DNA of 64,000 nucleotides. Origin: Actinomycetes bacterium (GTDB taxonomy: Bacteria; Actinomycetota; Actinomycetes; S36-B12; UBA5976). Numbering within the stretch: the first letter of the stretch is position 1; each line of letters opens with the position of its first letter. The notes beneath the pieces were generated by a model, which did not search any database, had not been told where the DNA came from, and saw only the letters and a list, made by a program, of their open reading frames with translations. Positions 29,898 through 38,895 of this stretch are shown in pieces. The stretch is taken from contig JAYQPE010000003.1 in NCBI GenBank assembly GCA_038145175.1, forward strand, positions 111,768 through 175,767, given 5' to 3'. The position numbers and the translations under genes are program-made.

Positions 29898-29926
29898 ACA
29901 TTAGTACTTCGCTATGCGACATGCAA
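29898..29926 (-). promoter_or_regulatory. putative nrdR-nrdJ promoter (TTGCAT-17 nt-TAATGT)
   Basis: Minus strand has a -35 TTGCAT (29926-29921), a 17-nt spacer and a -10 TAATGT (29903-29898), which fits TANNNT. Confidence 0.35.
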
Positions 29927-30129
29927 CTACCGGGGGCATGTGTTTTGCGTTACCGGTGTGTCTAGAGTTACAGATGTTGCGTTTTCGCAGGTCAAAGCCT
30001 TATTTCTTTACTTAATCAGAAGAACTGCACGGCGTGTTGCAACGATCTGGGTGTGTTGAAAAGGAATTCATCACAAATTAATCCCAGAACTACTAACCAA
30101 ATAAGACATTAGGCATATAAGGTCATGGC

Positions 30130-31464
30130 ATGGCCACAAACGGATTTTTAACAAAAAAAAGTGTGAGAAGAAGTTGGTATTTATATGACTGGGCTAACTC
30201 TTCTTTTTCAACTACCGTTATAACACTTTTTCTTGGTCCTTATTTAACTTCTATTGCAGAAAATGCAGCTGATGCATCAGGAATGATTTCTTTATGGGGA
30301 ATAAGTATGAGACCTGGATCTTTATTTCCTTATGTAATTAGTTTTTCTGTTTTTGCTCAAGTTTTTGTTTTACCCATAGTTGGAGCTATTGCTGATCGAA
30401 TTAAAAGTAGAAATGGTTTTCTAGCAGTATTTGCCTATCTCGGTGCTTTTGCCACAATCTGTTTATATTTTGTGCAAGGAGAAAGATTTGCTTTGGGTGC
30501 ATTCTTACTTATTGTGGCAAATATCTCTTTTGGTGCAGCTATAGTAGTTTCAAATTCTTATATTCCTGATTTAGCTTCTCCGGATAAAAGAGATGCTGTT
30601 TCTTCCCGTGGCTGGGCTATGGGATATGCAGGTGGAGGTTTATTACTTTTACTAAATCTTTATCTTTATTCAAGTTATGAATCATTTGGAATCACAGAAG
30701 CTGAAGCGGTGAGAATTTCTCTTACTTCAGCAGGTATTTGGTGGGCATTATTTACCATAATTACTGTTAGAGGTTTAAGAACTTTAAATAGAAAAACAGG
30801 TGTTGTTGGAATTGAAGCTTTTTCTGTTGGTTTTCAAGAATTAAAAAATACTTTAAAGGATTTAAAGAAGTATCCAGAAACTTTAAAATTCTTAATCGCT
30901 TATCTTTTCTACAACGATGGGATTCAAACAGTTATAGCAATTTCTGGAACCTATGCAATTTTAGAATTAAAACTAGAACAGTTATCTTTAGTATTTGCCA
31001 TAGTTATTGTGCAAATAACTGCACTTATTGGTGCATTGATTCTTGGAAAACTTTCAGAAAATTATGGCACCAAGAAAACTATTCTTCTTTCATTAGTTAT
31101 TTGGACAATAATGGTAGTTATTACTTATTTTGCTCCGGTTGGTCAAGCAAATCCTTATTTTGCAATTGCTGCAGGAATTGGATTTGTCTTAGGTGGTAGC
31201 CAAGCTTTATCTAGATCCTTATATTCCCAAGTGATTCCAAGATCTCAAGAAGCCCAATACTTTTCTTTTTACGAAATAAGTGAACGTGGCACTAGTTGGC
31301 TTGGAACATTTGCTTTCGGAGTGGCCTTTGGATTAACTGGGTCTTATCGTCAAAGCATTTTGCTAATTATTGCTTTCTTCATTATTGGAGGCTTGATTCT
31401 AATTAAGGTAAATATTCGACAAGCTATAAAAGAATCAGGAAATCCTCAACCCGCAAAAGTTTAA
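30130..31464 (+). CDS. MFS transporter (UMF1/Atg22-like family)
   Basis: 444 aa, about 12 TM. The N-terminal WYLYDWANSSFSTTV motif is typical of the UMF1 family. Confidence 0.75.
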   Translation: MATNGFLTKKSVRRSWYLYDWANSSFSTTVITLFLGPYLTSIAENAADASGMISLWGISMRPGSLFPYVISFSVFAQVFVLPIVGAIADRIKSRNGFLAVFAYLGAFATICLYFVQGERFALGAFLLIVANISFGAAIVVSNSYIPDLASPDKRDAVSSRGWAMGYAGGGLLLLLNLYLYSSYESFGITEAEAVRISLTSAGIWWALFTIITVRGLRTLNRKTGVVGIEAFSVGFQELKNTLKDLKKYPETLKFLIAYLFYNDGIQTVIAISGTYAILELKLEQLSLVFAIVIVQITALIGALILGKLSENYGTKKTILLSLVIWTIMVVITYFAPVGQANPYFAIAAGIGFVLGGSQALSRSLYSQVIPRSQEAQYFSFYEISERGTSWLGTFAFGVAFGLTGSYRQSILLIIAFFIIGGLILIKVNIRQAIKESGNPQPAKV

Positions 31465-31468
31465 ATAC

Positions 31469-32848
31469 TTACTTACCTAAAGTGGTTCTAACAGCCTGGG
31501 CAACTGCTGGGGTAACACCAGGATCAAACACACTTGGCACAATAAATGAAGCATTTAGTTGTTCATTTGAGACTCGATTAGCAATGGCATTGGCTGCTGC
31601 TATCAAGGTTTCTTCGGTAACATTTTTTGCTTGAGCATCAAGAAGTCCTCTAAAAATACCAGGAAAAGCTAAGACGTTATTAATCTGATTTGGAAAATCA
31701 CTTCTACCTGTTGCTACCACTTTGGCATATTTTCTTGCCAATATCGGATCTACTTCAGGATTTGGATTCGCTAGAGCAAAAATAATTGAATCTTTATTCA
31801 TTTGCTTTAAATCATTTTCAGTCAAAATATCTGGTGCGCTTACTCCGATAAATACATCAGCATTTTTTAAAGCTTCAGTAACAGATCCTGAGAAGTTATT
31901 TTTATTGGTATTTTCTATCAACCATTGCACATCCTCCCCATCTTTTACTCCACTATGAATTGGGCCAAGGTTGTTAAATACAATTAAATCTTTTAAACCA
32001 CTTTTGACTAATAATCTTGCAATAGCAGTTCCTGCTGCTCCTGCTCCTGTCATGACTACTTTAATTTCAGAAATCTTCTTATTTACAACCCTTAAGGCAT
32101 TAGTTAAGGCTGCTAAAACCACAATGGCTGTTCCATGTTGGTCGTCATGAAATACCGGAATATCTAATAACTTCCTTAATCTTTTTTCAATTTCGAAACA
32201 ACGAGGGGCAGAAATATCTTCAAGATTTATTCCTCCATAGACAGGCGCAATTAATTGAACTGTTCTAACTATTTCATCTACATCTTGGGAATCAATACAA
32301 ACTGGCCATGCATCAATATCTGCAAATCTTTTAAAAAGTGCAGCTTTTCCTTCCATTACTGGTAAGGCCGCAGCAGCACCCAAATTTCCTAATCCTAAAA
32401 CTGCTGAACCATCAGTGACTACAGCTACTGAATTTCTTTTAATAGTTAATCTTCTTAAATTTGTTGGATCTTCAGCTATTGCTTGAGAAATTCTTGCCAC
32501 ACCTGGAGTGTATGCACGGGATAAATCATCACGAGTTTTTAGAGGAACTTTAGAATGCACTTCTAATTTGCCACCCAGATGAATTAAAAATGTTCTATCT
32601 GAAAACTTTCTTACCTTTACTCCGTCTAGTTTTGCAATTGAATCAGTAATTTTTTTAGCATGCTCTTCGTTAGTTGCATTACAAGTAACATCCACCACGA
32701 TTGAGTTATAGGTTGATTCCACGACATCAAGAGCAGTTAGAGCAGCACCTGCAGCAGATACTGCAGCTGTTAAATCTCCAGTTGAATCAGTTGTGGCAGG
32801 AAGTTCTACACGAATAGTAACTGCATAACCTGGGGATGGAATTGACAT
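31469..32848 (-). CDS. NAD(P)-dependent malic enzyme with N-terminal ACT-like domain
   Basis: YTPGVA, FHDDQHGTAIV and GAGAAG motifs. 459 aa. Confidence 0.88.
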   Translation of the reverse strand: MSIPSPGYAVTIRVELPATTDSTGDLTAAVSAAGAALTALDVVESTYNSIVVDVTCNATNEEHAKKITDSIAKLDGVKVRKFSDRTFLIHLGGKLEVHSKVPLKTRDDLSRAYTPGVARISQAIAEDPTNLRRLTIKRNSVAVVTDGSAVLGLGNLGAAAALPVMEGKAALFKRFADIDAWPVCIDSQDVDEIVRTVQLIAPVYGGINLEDISAPRCFEIEKRLRKLLDIPVFHDDQHGTAIVVLAALTNALRVVNKKISEIKVVMTGAGAAGTAIARLLVKSGLKDLIVFNNLGPIHSGVKDGEDVQWLIENTNKNNFSGSVTEALKNADVFIGVSAPDILTENDLKQMNKDSIIFALANPNPEVDPILARKYAKVVATGRSDFPNQINNVLAFPGIFRGLLDAQAKNVTEETLIAAANAIANRVSNEQLNASFIVPSVFDPGVTPAVAQAVRTTLGK

Positions 32849-32893
32849 GGTTTTACTCTAGTACCTAGTTGTTACAGCAATGACTCTAAATAA

Positions 32894-32921
32894 TTAAGGG
32901 CTCACAAAAGTGAGCCCTTAA
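32894..32921 (-). terminator. rho-independent terminator after the permease gene
   Basis: TTAAGGGCTCAC pairs with GTGAGCCCTTAA (12 bp, AAAA loop), followed on the minus strand by TTATTT. Confidence 0.7.
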
Positions 32922-32936
32922 TCAATTTTTACCTAT

Positions 32937-34388
32937 TTATTTATGACCTTTAACTGCTGCTTCTTCTTCAGGTGAAAGCACAAGGTTATTTCTTGCAACT
33001 AATCCAAAGTAGAGCAGGCCAAGAACATAAACGATTGCAATAGCAATGATTGCTTGTCTATATGCAGGGTTTAAAGCTTGTCCGATGAAGATCAATAATG
33101 CCAACAATCCAGCAACCCAAGCTCCAGCATTTCCAACCGGACTCTTATAAGGACGCTTTAGATGAGACATATTTTTCTTCAAAAGCACATAGGAAATCAT
33201 CTGCAACATGTATGCAATTACTGCACCCCAAACTGCAATGTTTAATACAACTGCACCTGCAGTTGTACCACCGTATTGCGCCCATAGAAGTGCTGCATAA
33301 CCAATTACTGCACCAACAATAAGCGCCACGTATGGAGTTTTTCTCTTTCCAGTTAGTGACAATGATTGTGGGTAGTAACCTGCACGAGATAAAGAATAAA
33401 TGTTTCTACCGTAAGCAAACATAATTCCTTGAAGCGATGCAAATAAACCAATCAAAGCAAAAGCTGCAAGAAGTGCAGCAACGTTTGCATTTGGCAAAAT
33501 TGCACGGAATCCATCTAACAGTGGTTCACCTGATGTAGCAATTTTGCTTGAACCAGTAACACCTGGATTCAAGAACAAAACCAACATCGCAGTTACCACT
33601 AGAGTGCCAAGACCCCAAATACCTGCTTTTGGAATATCTTTTGCAGGATTATGAGCTTCTTCTGCAGCTAATGGTAATTCTTCAATACCTAAGAAGAACC
33701 ACATTGCAAATGGCATAGCCGCAACAATTGCCCAGAAGCCTTTAGGTAAGAAAGATGTTCCACCTTCAACACTTGGAGCAATATCTAGCAAATTGCTAAA
33801 TGAGAATTTGCCGCTTGCGATCGCCATAATTGCAAACAAAGCAAGAACAGCAAGTGAGGCAATTGCAACAACAATTGCAAACTTGAAGGAAATTTCTGCT
33901 CCTGCAATATTTAGTGCTAAAAAGATTGCATAAAGAATAATCCACCAAATCCAAACAGGAAGTGATGTTCCTGTTAGTTGGCTGATAATTCCATCTGCAT
34001 AACTTGCAGAGAAAAAGACAATAACTGCAGTTGTTGCAACATATTCAATGGTTTCAGCAAAACCTGTTACGAAACCACCCCAAGGACCCATTGCAGATCT
34101 TGCGAATGAATATGCACCACCTGTATGAGGTAATGCTGCAGACATTTCACCGATGCTAAACAACATGCCGTAGTACATGATGATTACTAAAATTGTGGCG
34201 ATAAATAAACCGCCCCAACCGGCTGAATCAATACCAAAGTTCCATCCAGAAAAATCTCCAGACACAACTGCGGCCACTCCTAATCCCCAAAGAGCTAACA
34301 AACCTGCATGTCTTTGAAGACCGCGTTTATCAAAATAATCACGAGCAACGTCTTTATAAGTTGCACCTTGAACTGTTTTCTTTGCCAC
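32937..34388 (-). CDS. APC-superfamily permease, ethanolamine-permease (Eat)-like
   Basis: 483 aa, 12 TM. N-terminus YKDVARDYFDKRGLQRHAGLLALWGLGVAAVVSGDFSGWNFG resembles ethanolamine permeases. GTG start with GGGAGG upstream. Confidence 0.75.
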   Translation of the reverse strand: MAKKTVQGATYKDVARDYFDKRGLQRHAGLLALWGLGVAAVVSGDFSGWNFGIDSAGWGGLFIATILVIIMYYGMLFSIGEMSAALPHTGGAYSFARSAMGPWGGFVTGFAETIEYVATTAVIVFFSASYADGIISQLTGTSLPVWIWWIILYAIFLALNIAGAEISFKFAIVVAIASLAVLALFAIMAIASGKFSFSNLLDIAPSVEGGTSFLPKGFWAIVAAMPFAMWFFLGIEELPLAAEEAHNPAKDIPKAGIWGLGTLVVTAMLVLFLNPGVTGSSKIATSGEPLLDGFRAILPNANVAALLAAFALIGLFASLQGIMFAYGRNIYSLSRAGYYPQSLSLTGKRKTPYVALIVGAVIGYAALLWAQYGGTTAGAVVLNIAVWGAVIAYMLQMISYVLLKKNMSHLKRPYKSPVGNAGAWVAGLLALLIFIGQALNPAYRQAIIAIAIVYVLGLLYFGLVARNNLVLSPEEEAAVKGHK

Positions 34389-34536
34389 TTACCCTCCCAA
34401 ATGGGACAAGCCTGGTTCCAGGCTTGTTCTAATGCTCTTTTTTACCCCATGATTGTGAACAAATGAAAGAGTTTTGGGTGTTTTTTTTCAAAAAGTCGCA
34501 TACGGTTTGTGAGGAAATTGGAAAAAATGTTATTTT

Positions 34537-35811
34537 TTAAGACTTTTTGTCAGATAATTTAAACGCTACAACAGCTATCAGGGCACTGATTACTGATGCG
34601 ACTAAAACGCTCAAAATGGCTAAATCTTGAATCTCTTGTTCCTTAAAAGCAAGTTTGGCAATAAAAATGGCCACTGTAAATCCTATACCGGCAGCATTTC
34701 CGACTCCCAAAAGTTGATGCCATTTAACATCTTTTGGAATTTGGCCAATTTTAGAAAATTTGGTGAAGTATGTTAAAAGTAAAATTCCAACAGGTTTTCC
34801 CACTACTAAACCAAGAATGATTCCTAGCGCAACACTTGATTGGAGCATCAATTCAAAAGTTTTTGAATCTATTTTTATTCCAGAGTTTGCAAATGCAAAC
34901 AATGGTACAACTAGGAATGCACTCCAGGGATGAATCACATGTTCCAACCACTCCACGACTGAGACAGAATTTTTTGCTATTTTTTTAGATTTAATCGCAT
35001 TTTCTACGGTGGAAACATTTTTTAATTCATCAATATCAATATATTTTTTCTCAATTATTGGAGTTACTGGTGCTAGAAGCCCAAGGATCACTCCTGCGAT
35101 AGTGGGATGAATTCCTGTTTCATAAAGTCCATACCAAAGCAAAACTCCAAGCACGACATAAACAAAAGTAGTATTTATATTTATTCTTTTAAACCAAATG
35201 ACTATTAAAACTAGCAAAATTGAAATTATTAGCCAGGGAATTGTTATTCCTTTAGAAAAAACTAACGCAATAATTAGAATTGCCCCGATATCATCAATAA
35301 CTGCAAGCCCTAATAGAAATGGTCTTAAAAAACCTGACTTCTTAGCCCCAAAATAACTTAAAACTCCAACTGCTAAGGCAATATCTGTTGCAACTGGAAC
35401 TGCCCATCCTCTTAAATCCTTAAAGTCTGTGACAAATAAATAAATTAGAGCAGGAACTAGCATTCCCCCAAGAGCTGCAAGTAATGGCACTATGGCTTTT
35501 TTAAATCCTGCTAAATGACCAGTATTTAATTCTCTATTTATTTCAAGTCCGACTAAAAAGAAAAATATAGTCATGAGTGCATCATTTATTAAGTGCTGGA
35601 CATCCATATTAAACTGGAATAAACCAATTTTTATAAAAACGTCTGTTTTTAGAATTTCAAAATACGCATCACTTAAATTTGAATTAGCGATAACTAAACC
35701 AAGAATTGCTGCTAGAAGAATTAGAAGACTGCTAGTTGATTCTCTTTGAAAAAAATCAGCAAAAGGTGAAATTCTTGTAACTTGATTTTTTCTAGTTTTT
35801 TGCTTCATCAC
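34537..35811 (-). CDS. nhaA: Na+/H+ antiporter NhaA
   Basis: 424 aa with the FFFLVGLEINREL and VIDDIGAILIIA motifs. Confidence 0.9.
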   Translation of the reverse strand: MMKQKTRKNQVTRISPFADFFQRESTSSLLILLAAILGLVIANSNLSDAYFEILKTDVFIKIGLFQFNMDVQHLINDALMTIFFFLVGLEINRELNTGHLAGFKKAIVPLLAALGGMLVPALIYLFVTDFKDLRGWAVPVATDIALAVGVLSYFGAKKSGFLRPFLLGLAVIDDIGAILIIALVFSKGITIPWLIISILLVLIVIWFKRININTTFVYVVLGVLLWYGLYETGIHPTIAGVILGLLAPVTPIIEKKYIDIDELKNVSTVENAIKSKKIAKNSVSVVEWLEHVIHPWSAFLVVPLFAFANSGIKIDSKTFELMLQSSVALGIILGLVVGKPVGILLLTYFTKFSKIGQIPKDVKWHQLLGVGNAAGIGFTVAIFIAKLAFKEQEIQDLAILSVLVASVISALIAVVAFKLSDKKS

Positions 35812-35835
35812 TTCATTATGCTAAACATCAAGCAC

Positions 35836-36243
35836 TTAGTGTCTGATTGGCTCAACTCTTTCGAACTTCCAATACTCAAACAGCCAACCTGAGACTGAAA
35901 ATAGTACAAATCCAAGTCCCATCAAAAATATCCAGGCAGCGAAAATAAATCCGACAAAAGTAAAAGCAGCAGCTGCTGCCACGATCATTGGCCACCATGA
36001 ATGAGGTGAATAAAAGCCATAATCAGCTGGGGCTTCGTTTTGTTCGGCCGTTTCGTTATCTTCTGGTTGATACCCAATTCGATTGGAGGTAAAGATTAAG
36101 AAGAAAGCAACTAATATTGCTAAACCACCAGTTAAAACTAGCCCTGTTGTGCCAACAGGTTCTTTTGTAAAAAAGTAATAAATCCCACCGACTACAAAAT
36201 AAAACACTGCCCCCCAGAAAAATAACCATCCACCTGGTTTCAT
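35836..36243 (-). CDS. ctaF: cytochrome c oxidase subunit IV (actinobacterial CtaF)
   Basis: 135 aa, 4 TM, immediately downstream of ctaD (1-nt gap). Confidence 0.75.
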   Translation of the reverse strand: MKPGGWLFFWGAVFYFVVGGIYYFFTKEPVGTTGLVLTGGLAILVAFFLIFTSNRIGYQPEDNETAEQNEAPADYGFYSPHSWWPMIVAAAAAFTFVGFIFAAWIFLMGLGFVLFSVSGWLFEYWKFERVEPIRH

Positions 36244-37965
36244 TTAGTTTCTCTTTCCAAGCTTTGGTCCACCAATTGTGTCATCTAAAAAGTTAACTCT
36301 GGTTGGAATTTCTGCTTCAGCTAATTCAGGATGTGCTGCATCAAATGCAGGACGTTCTGAACGAATTCTTGGTAATGATGTGAAGTTATGTCTTGGTGGT
36401 GGACAGCTTGTGGCCCATTCCAAACTCATTCCCCAACCCCATGGATCATTTTCTTTAACCAACGGGGCAAATCTCCATGTTTTGTAAACGTTGTACATGA
36501 AAAATATTGTTGATGCGCCCAGTAAAAATGCTCCCGTGCTAGATACTGCATTTCCAAAAGTAAAACCATCACTTGCTAAATAATCTGCATATCTTCTTGG
36601 CATGCCTTTAATTCCTAGCCAATGTTGAATTAAAAATGTAACTTGGAAACCTATAAAAAGAGTCCAGAAATGAATCTTTCCTAAAGAATCATCAAGCATT
36701 CTTCCTGTTAGTTTTGGCCACCAGAAATAAAAGCCTGCAAACATTGCAAAAACTACGGTTCCAAATACGGTGTAATGAAAATGTGCTACAACGAAATAGG
36801 AATCTGAAACGTGGAAATCAATTGGTGGCATCGCAAGCATAACTCCAGTCAGTCCACCGATTAAGAATGTGATCAAGAAGCCAATTACAAACATCATTGG
36901 TGTTTCAAATGAAATAGATCCTCGCCACATCGTACCTATCCAGTTAAAGAATTTAACTCCAGTTGGAACAGCAATTAACATCGTGGTTAGAGCGAAAAAC
37001 GGTAATGAAACTGCACCGGTTACATACATGTGATGTGCCCAAACTGCAACTGATAAACCTGCGATTGCAATTGTCGCAAAAACTAATCCTTTATAACCAA
37101 AAATAGGTTTTCTACTAAATACCGGAATTACTTCACTGATGATTCCAAAGAATGGTAAAGCAATGATGTAAACCTCAGGATGACCAAAAAACCAAAACAA
37201 ATGTTGCCACAAAATTGCACCACCATTTGCTGCTTCAAAAACTTGTGCATTAAAAGTTCTATCTACTTCTAACACAATTAATGAGGCAGCTAAAACTGGG
37301 AAAGCCATTAGAACTAAAACGCTTGTTAACAAAATGGTCCAAACAAAAATTGGCAATCTAAACATAACCATGCCAGGTGCTCTCATAGTCAAAATTGTGG
37401 TGATGAAATTTACTGCACCAAGAATTGTGCCTAAACCACCAAGTGCAAGTCCCATTATCCAAAGATCTGCACCGACAGTTGGTGAATTAACTGCATTTGA
37501 AAGCGGAGCGTAAGCAAACCATCCAAAACTTGCAGCACCATCGGGTGTTAAAAATCCTGCCACAACAATAATTCCACCAAATAAAAACATGTAATAACCA
37601 AGCAAATTTAATCTTGGAAAAGCAACATCTGGTGCACCAATTTGTAATGGAGTTAATGCATTAGCAAAGCCAACAAACAAAGGAGTTGCAAAAAGAAACA
37701 ACATAATGGTTCCATGCATCGTAAACATTTGGTTATATTGCTCATTTGAAACAATTTGTAAACCTGGCTGAGCCAATTCAGCTCTTATAACCATGGCCAT
37801 TAAACCTGCGATAATGAAGAAAATAAATGAAGTAATTAGGTAAAGATTTCCAATAATTTTTGGATCAGTTGATGTCATCCATTTTACTAAAGTTCTTCCT
37901 AAAGTGTTTTCTTTTTCAGGATGAGGATGAGAAGAAACTGTTGGGCGATCTTCAATGAGTGTCAT
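36244..37965 (-). CDS. ctaD: cytochrome c oxidase subunit I
   Basis: 573 aa. WFFGHPEVY and WAHHMYVTG haem-copper oxidase motifs. Confidence 0.96.
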   Translation of the reverse strand: MTLIEDRPTVSSHPHPEKENTLGRTLVKWMTSTDPKIIGNLYLITSFIFFIIAGLMAMVIRAELAQPGLQIVSNEQYNQMFTMHGTIMLFLFATPLFVGFANALTPLQIGAPDVAFPRLNLLGYYMFLFGGIIVVAGFLTPDGAASFGWFAYAPLSNAVNSPTVGADLWIMGLALGGLGTILGAVNFITTILTMRAPGMVMFRLPIFVWTILLTSVLVLMAFPVLAASLIVLEVDRTFNAQVFEAANGGAILWQHLFWFFGHPEVYIIALPFFGIISEVIPVFSRKPIFGYKGLVFATIAIAGLSVAVWAHHMYVTGAVSLPFFALTTMLIAVPTGVKFFNWIGTMWRGSISFETPMMFVIGFLITFLIGGLTGVMLAMPPIDFHVSDSYFVVAHFHYTVFGTVVFAMFAGFYFWWPKLTGRMLDDSLGKIHFWTLFIGFQVTFLIQHWLGIKGMPRRYADYLASDGFTFGNAVSSTGAFLLGASTIFFMYNVYKTWRFAPLVKENDPWGWGMSLEWATSCPPPRHNFTSLPRIRSERPAFDAAHPELAEAEIPTRVNFLDDTIGGPKLGKRN

Positions 37966-37968
37966 TTT

Positions 37969-38799
37969 TTAACCTTCCTTACATCCTGGCAAATCAGGAT
38001 TACCTAAGCAATCTGTATTTGCATCTGTTACTACTCTGCCAGTAGAAAGTGCTCCAACTTGGCCAAGTGCCCTTAATTTTTCAATATGTTGATTAAATTC
38101 TTCCCTTGTAACTACTTTTACGTTGAATAACATGCGAGAGTGGTCCACTCCGCAAAGTTCAGCACATTTTCCCGCAAACTCACCTAACTTTGTAGGAGTA
38201 AGTTCAAAGGCATTTAATCTTCCTGGAACCACATCCATTTTCATTAAAAATGCTGGTATCCAGAATGAGTGAATTACATCAGGAGAAGTTAATTCAAATT
38301 TAACTTTTTCATCTAAAGGCAAATAAAGCATTGGTGGATTTGCAGGAGTACCGATGTCATAAACGCCTGCTTCTTTGTAATTAAAAGTCCAAGACCATCT
38401 AAAACCAACAACATTAACTGTGTGTTGTTGTTGTCCCGTTAATTTAATTAGTGGACCTTGGTCTCTTGCTGTGAAATAAAAAAGTCCTAACACAATAACT
38501 AAAGGAACAATTGTGTAAAGAATTTCCAATGGAATGTTGTATCGAGTTTGTTTTGGAACTTCATTTTCACTTCTTCTTCGATAAAGAATAATTGCTGAAA
38601 AAAGTAAACCTAAAACTAAAAGAGCAACTCCAATTGCCACAATCCAAGTTCCCTGCCACAAATTTAAGATTGTGACACCTTCTTTGGTTGCAGGTTCTGG
38701 GAAACCTATGCGAAGGGCTTCATCTTGAGTTGCTTTGGAACAAGCTGTTAAAACAAAAAATGAGGAGATCAATAGTGTCGAAAGAATCTTTCGTCTCAA
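37969..38799 (-). CDS. ctaC: cytochrome c oxidase subunit II (lipoprotein)
   Basis: CuA motif CAELCGVDHSRM. I prefer the TTG start at 38799, which has AGGAGA 7 nt upstream and gives MRRKILSTLLISSFFVLTAC (lipobox). The track ORF extends to 38919 and would overlap the divergent gene. Confidence 0.9.
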   Translation of the reverse strand: MRRKILSTLLISSFFVLTACSKATQDEALRIGFPEPATKEGVTILNLWQGTWIVAIGVALLVLGLLFSAIILYRRRSENEVPKQTRYNIPLEILYTIVPLVIVLGLFYFTARDQGPLIKLTGQQQHTVNVVGFRWSWTFNYKEAGVYDIGTPANPPMLYLPLDEKVKFELTSPDVIHSFWIPAFLMKMDVVPGRLNAFELTPTKLGEFAGKCAELCGVDHSRMLFNVKVVTREEFNQHIEKLRALGQVGALSTGRVVTDANTDCLGNPDLPGCKEG

Positions 38800-38895
38800 A
38801 CTAATCTCTCCTAAGAGCAACTTTGACTGTATATATAGCAACATTAGAGCACTCAAGCCGTTGTGAGGAAAAGAAGGGCAAGTAACGTTTAACAC

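Noticed and set aside
29859-30059. 66-aa ORF in the nrdR upstream region
   Set aside because: It has no Shine-Dalgarno sequence and an odd Cys/Arg/Thr-rich composition. It overlaps the predicted nrdR promoter and NrdR-like box. The region is more likely non-coding regulatory DNA or RNA.
29738-30129. Possibility that the GC-rich spacer encodes RNase P RNA, tmRNA, a TPP riboswitch or a second B12 riboswitch
   Set aside because: I could not find the diagnostic motifs on either strand. There is no GAGGAAAGTCC for RNase P, no tRNA-like GGTTCGA...CCA end or tag ORF for tmRNA, no CTGAGA...ACCTGATCTGG core for TPP, and no GGGAA..GGT.AA..CC..CCCGC core for cobalamin. The GGCTTAT at about 29797 alone is insufficient.
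34406-34427. 9-bp hairpin (ACAAGCCTG/CAGGCTTGT) just upstream of the Shine-Dalgarno of the ethanolamine-type permease, considered as a riboswitch or attenuator
   Set aside because: It is short and isolated, with no conserved riboswitch motif and no adjacent U-tract in the transcribed orientation. It is insufficient evidence for a regulatory element.
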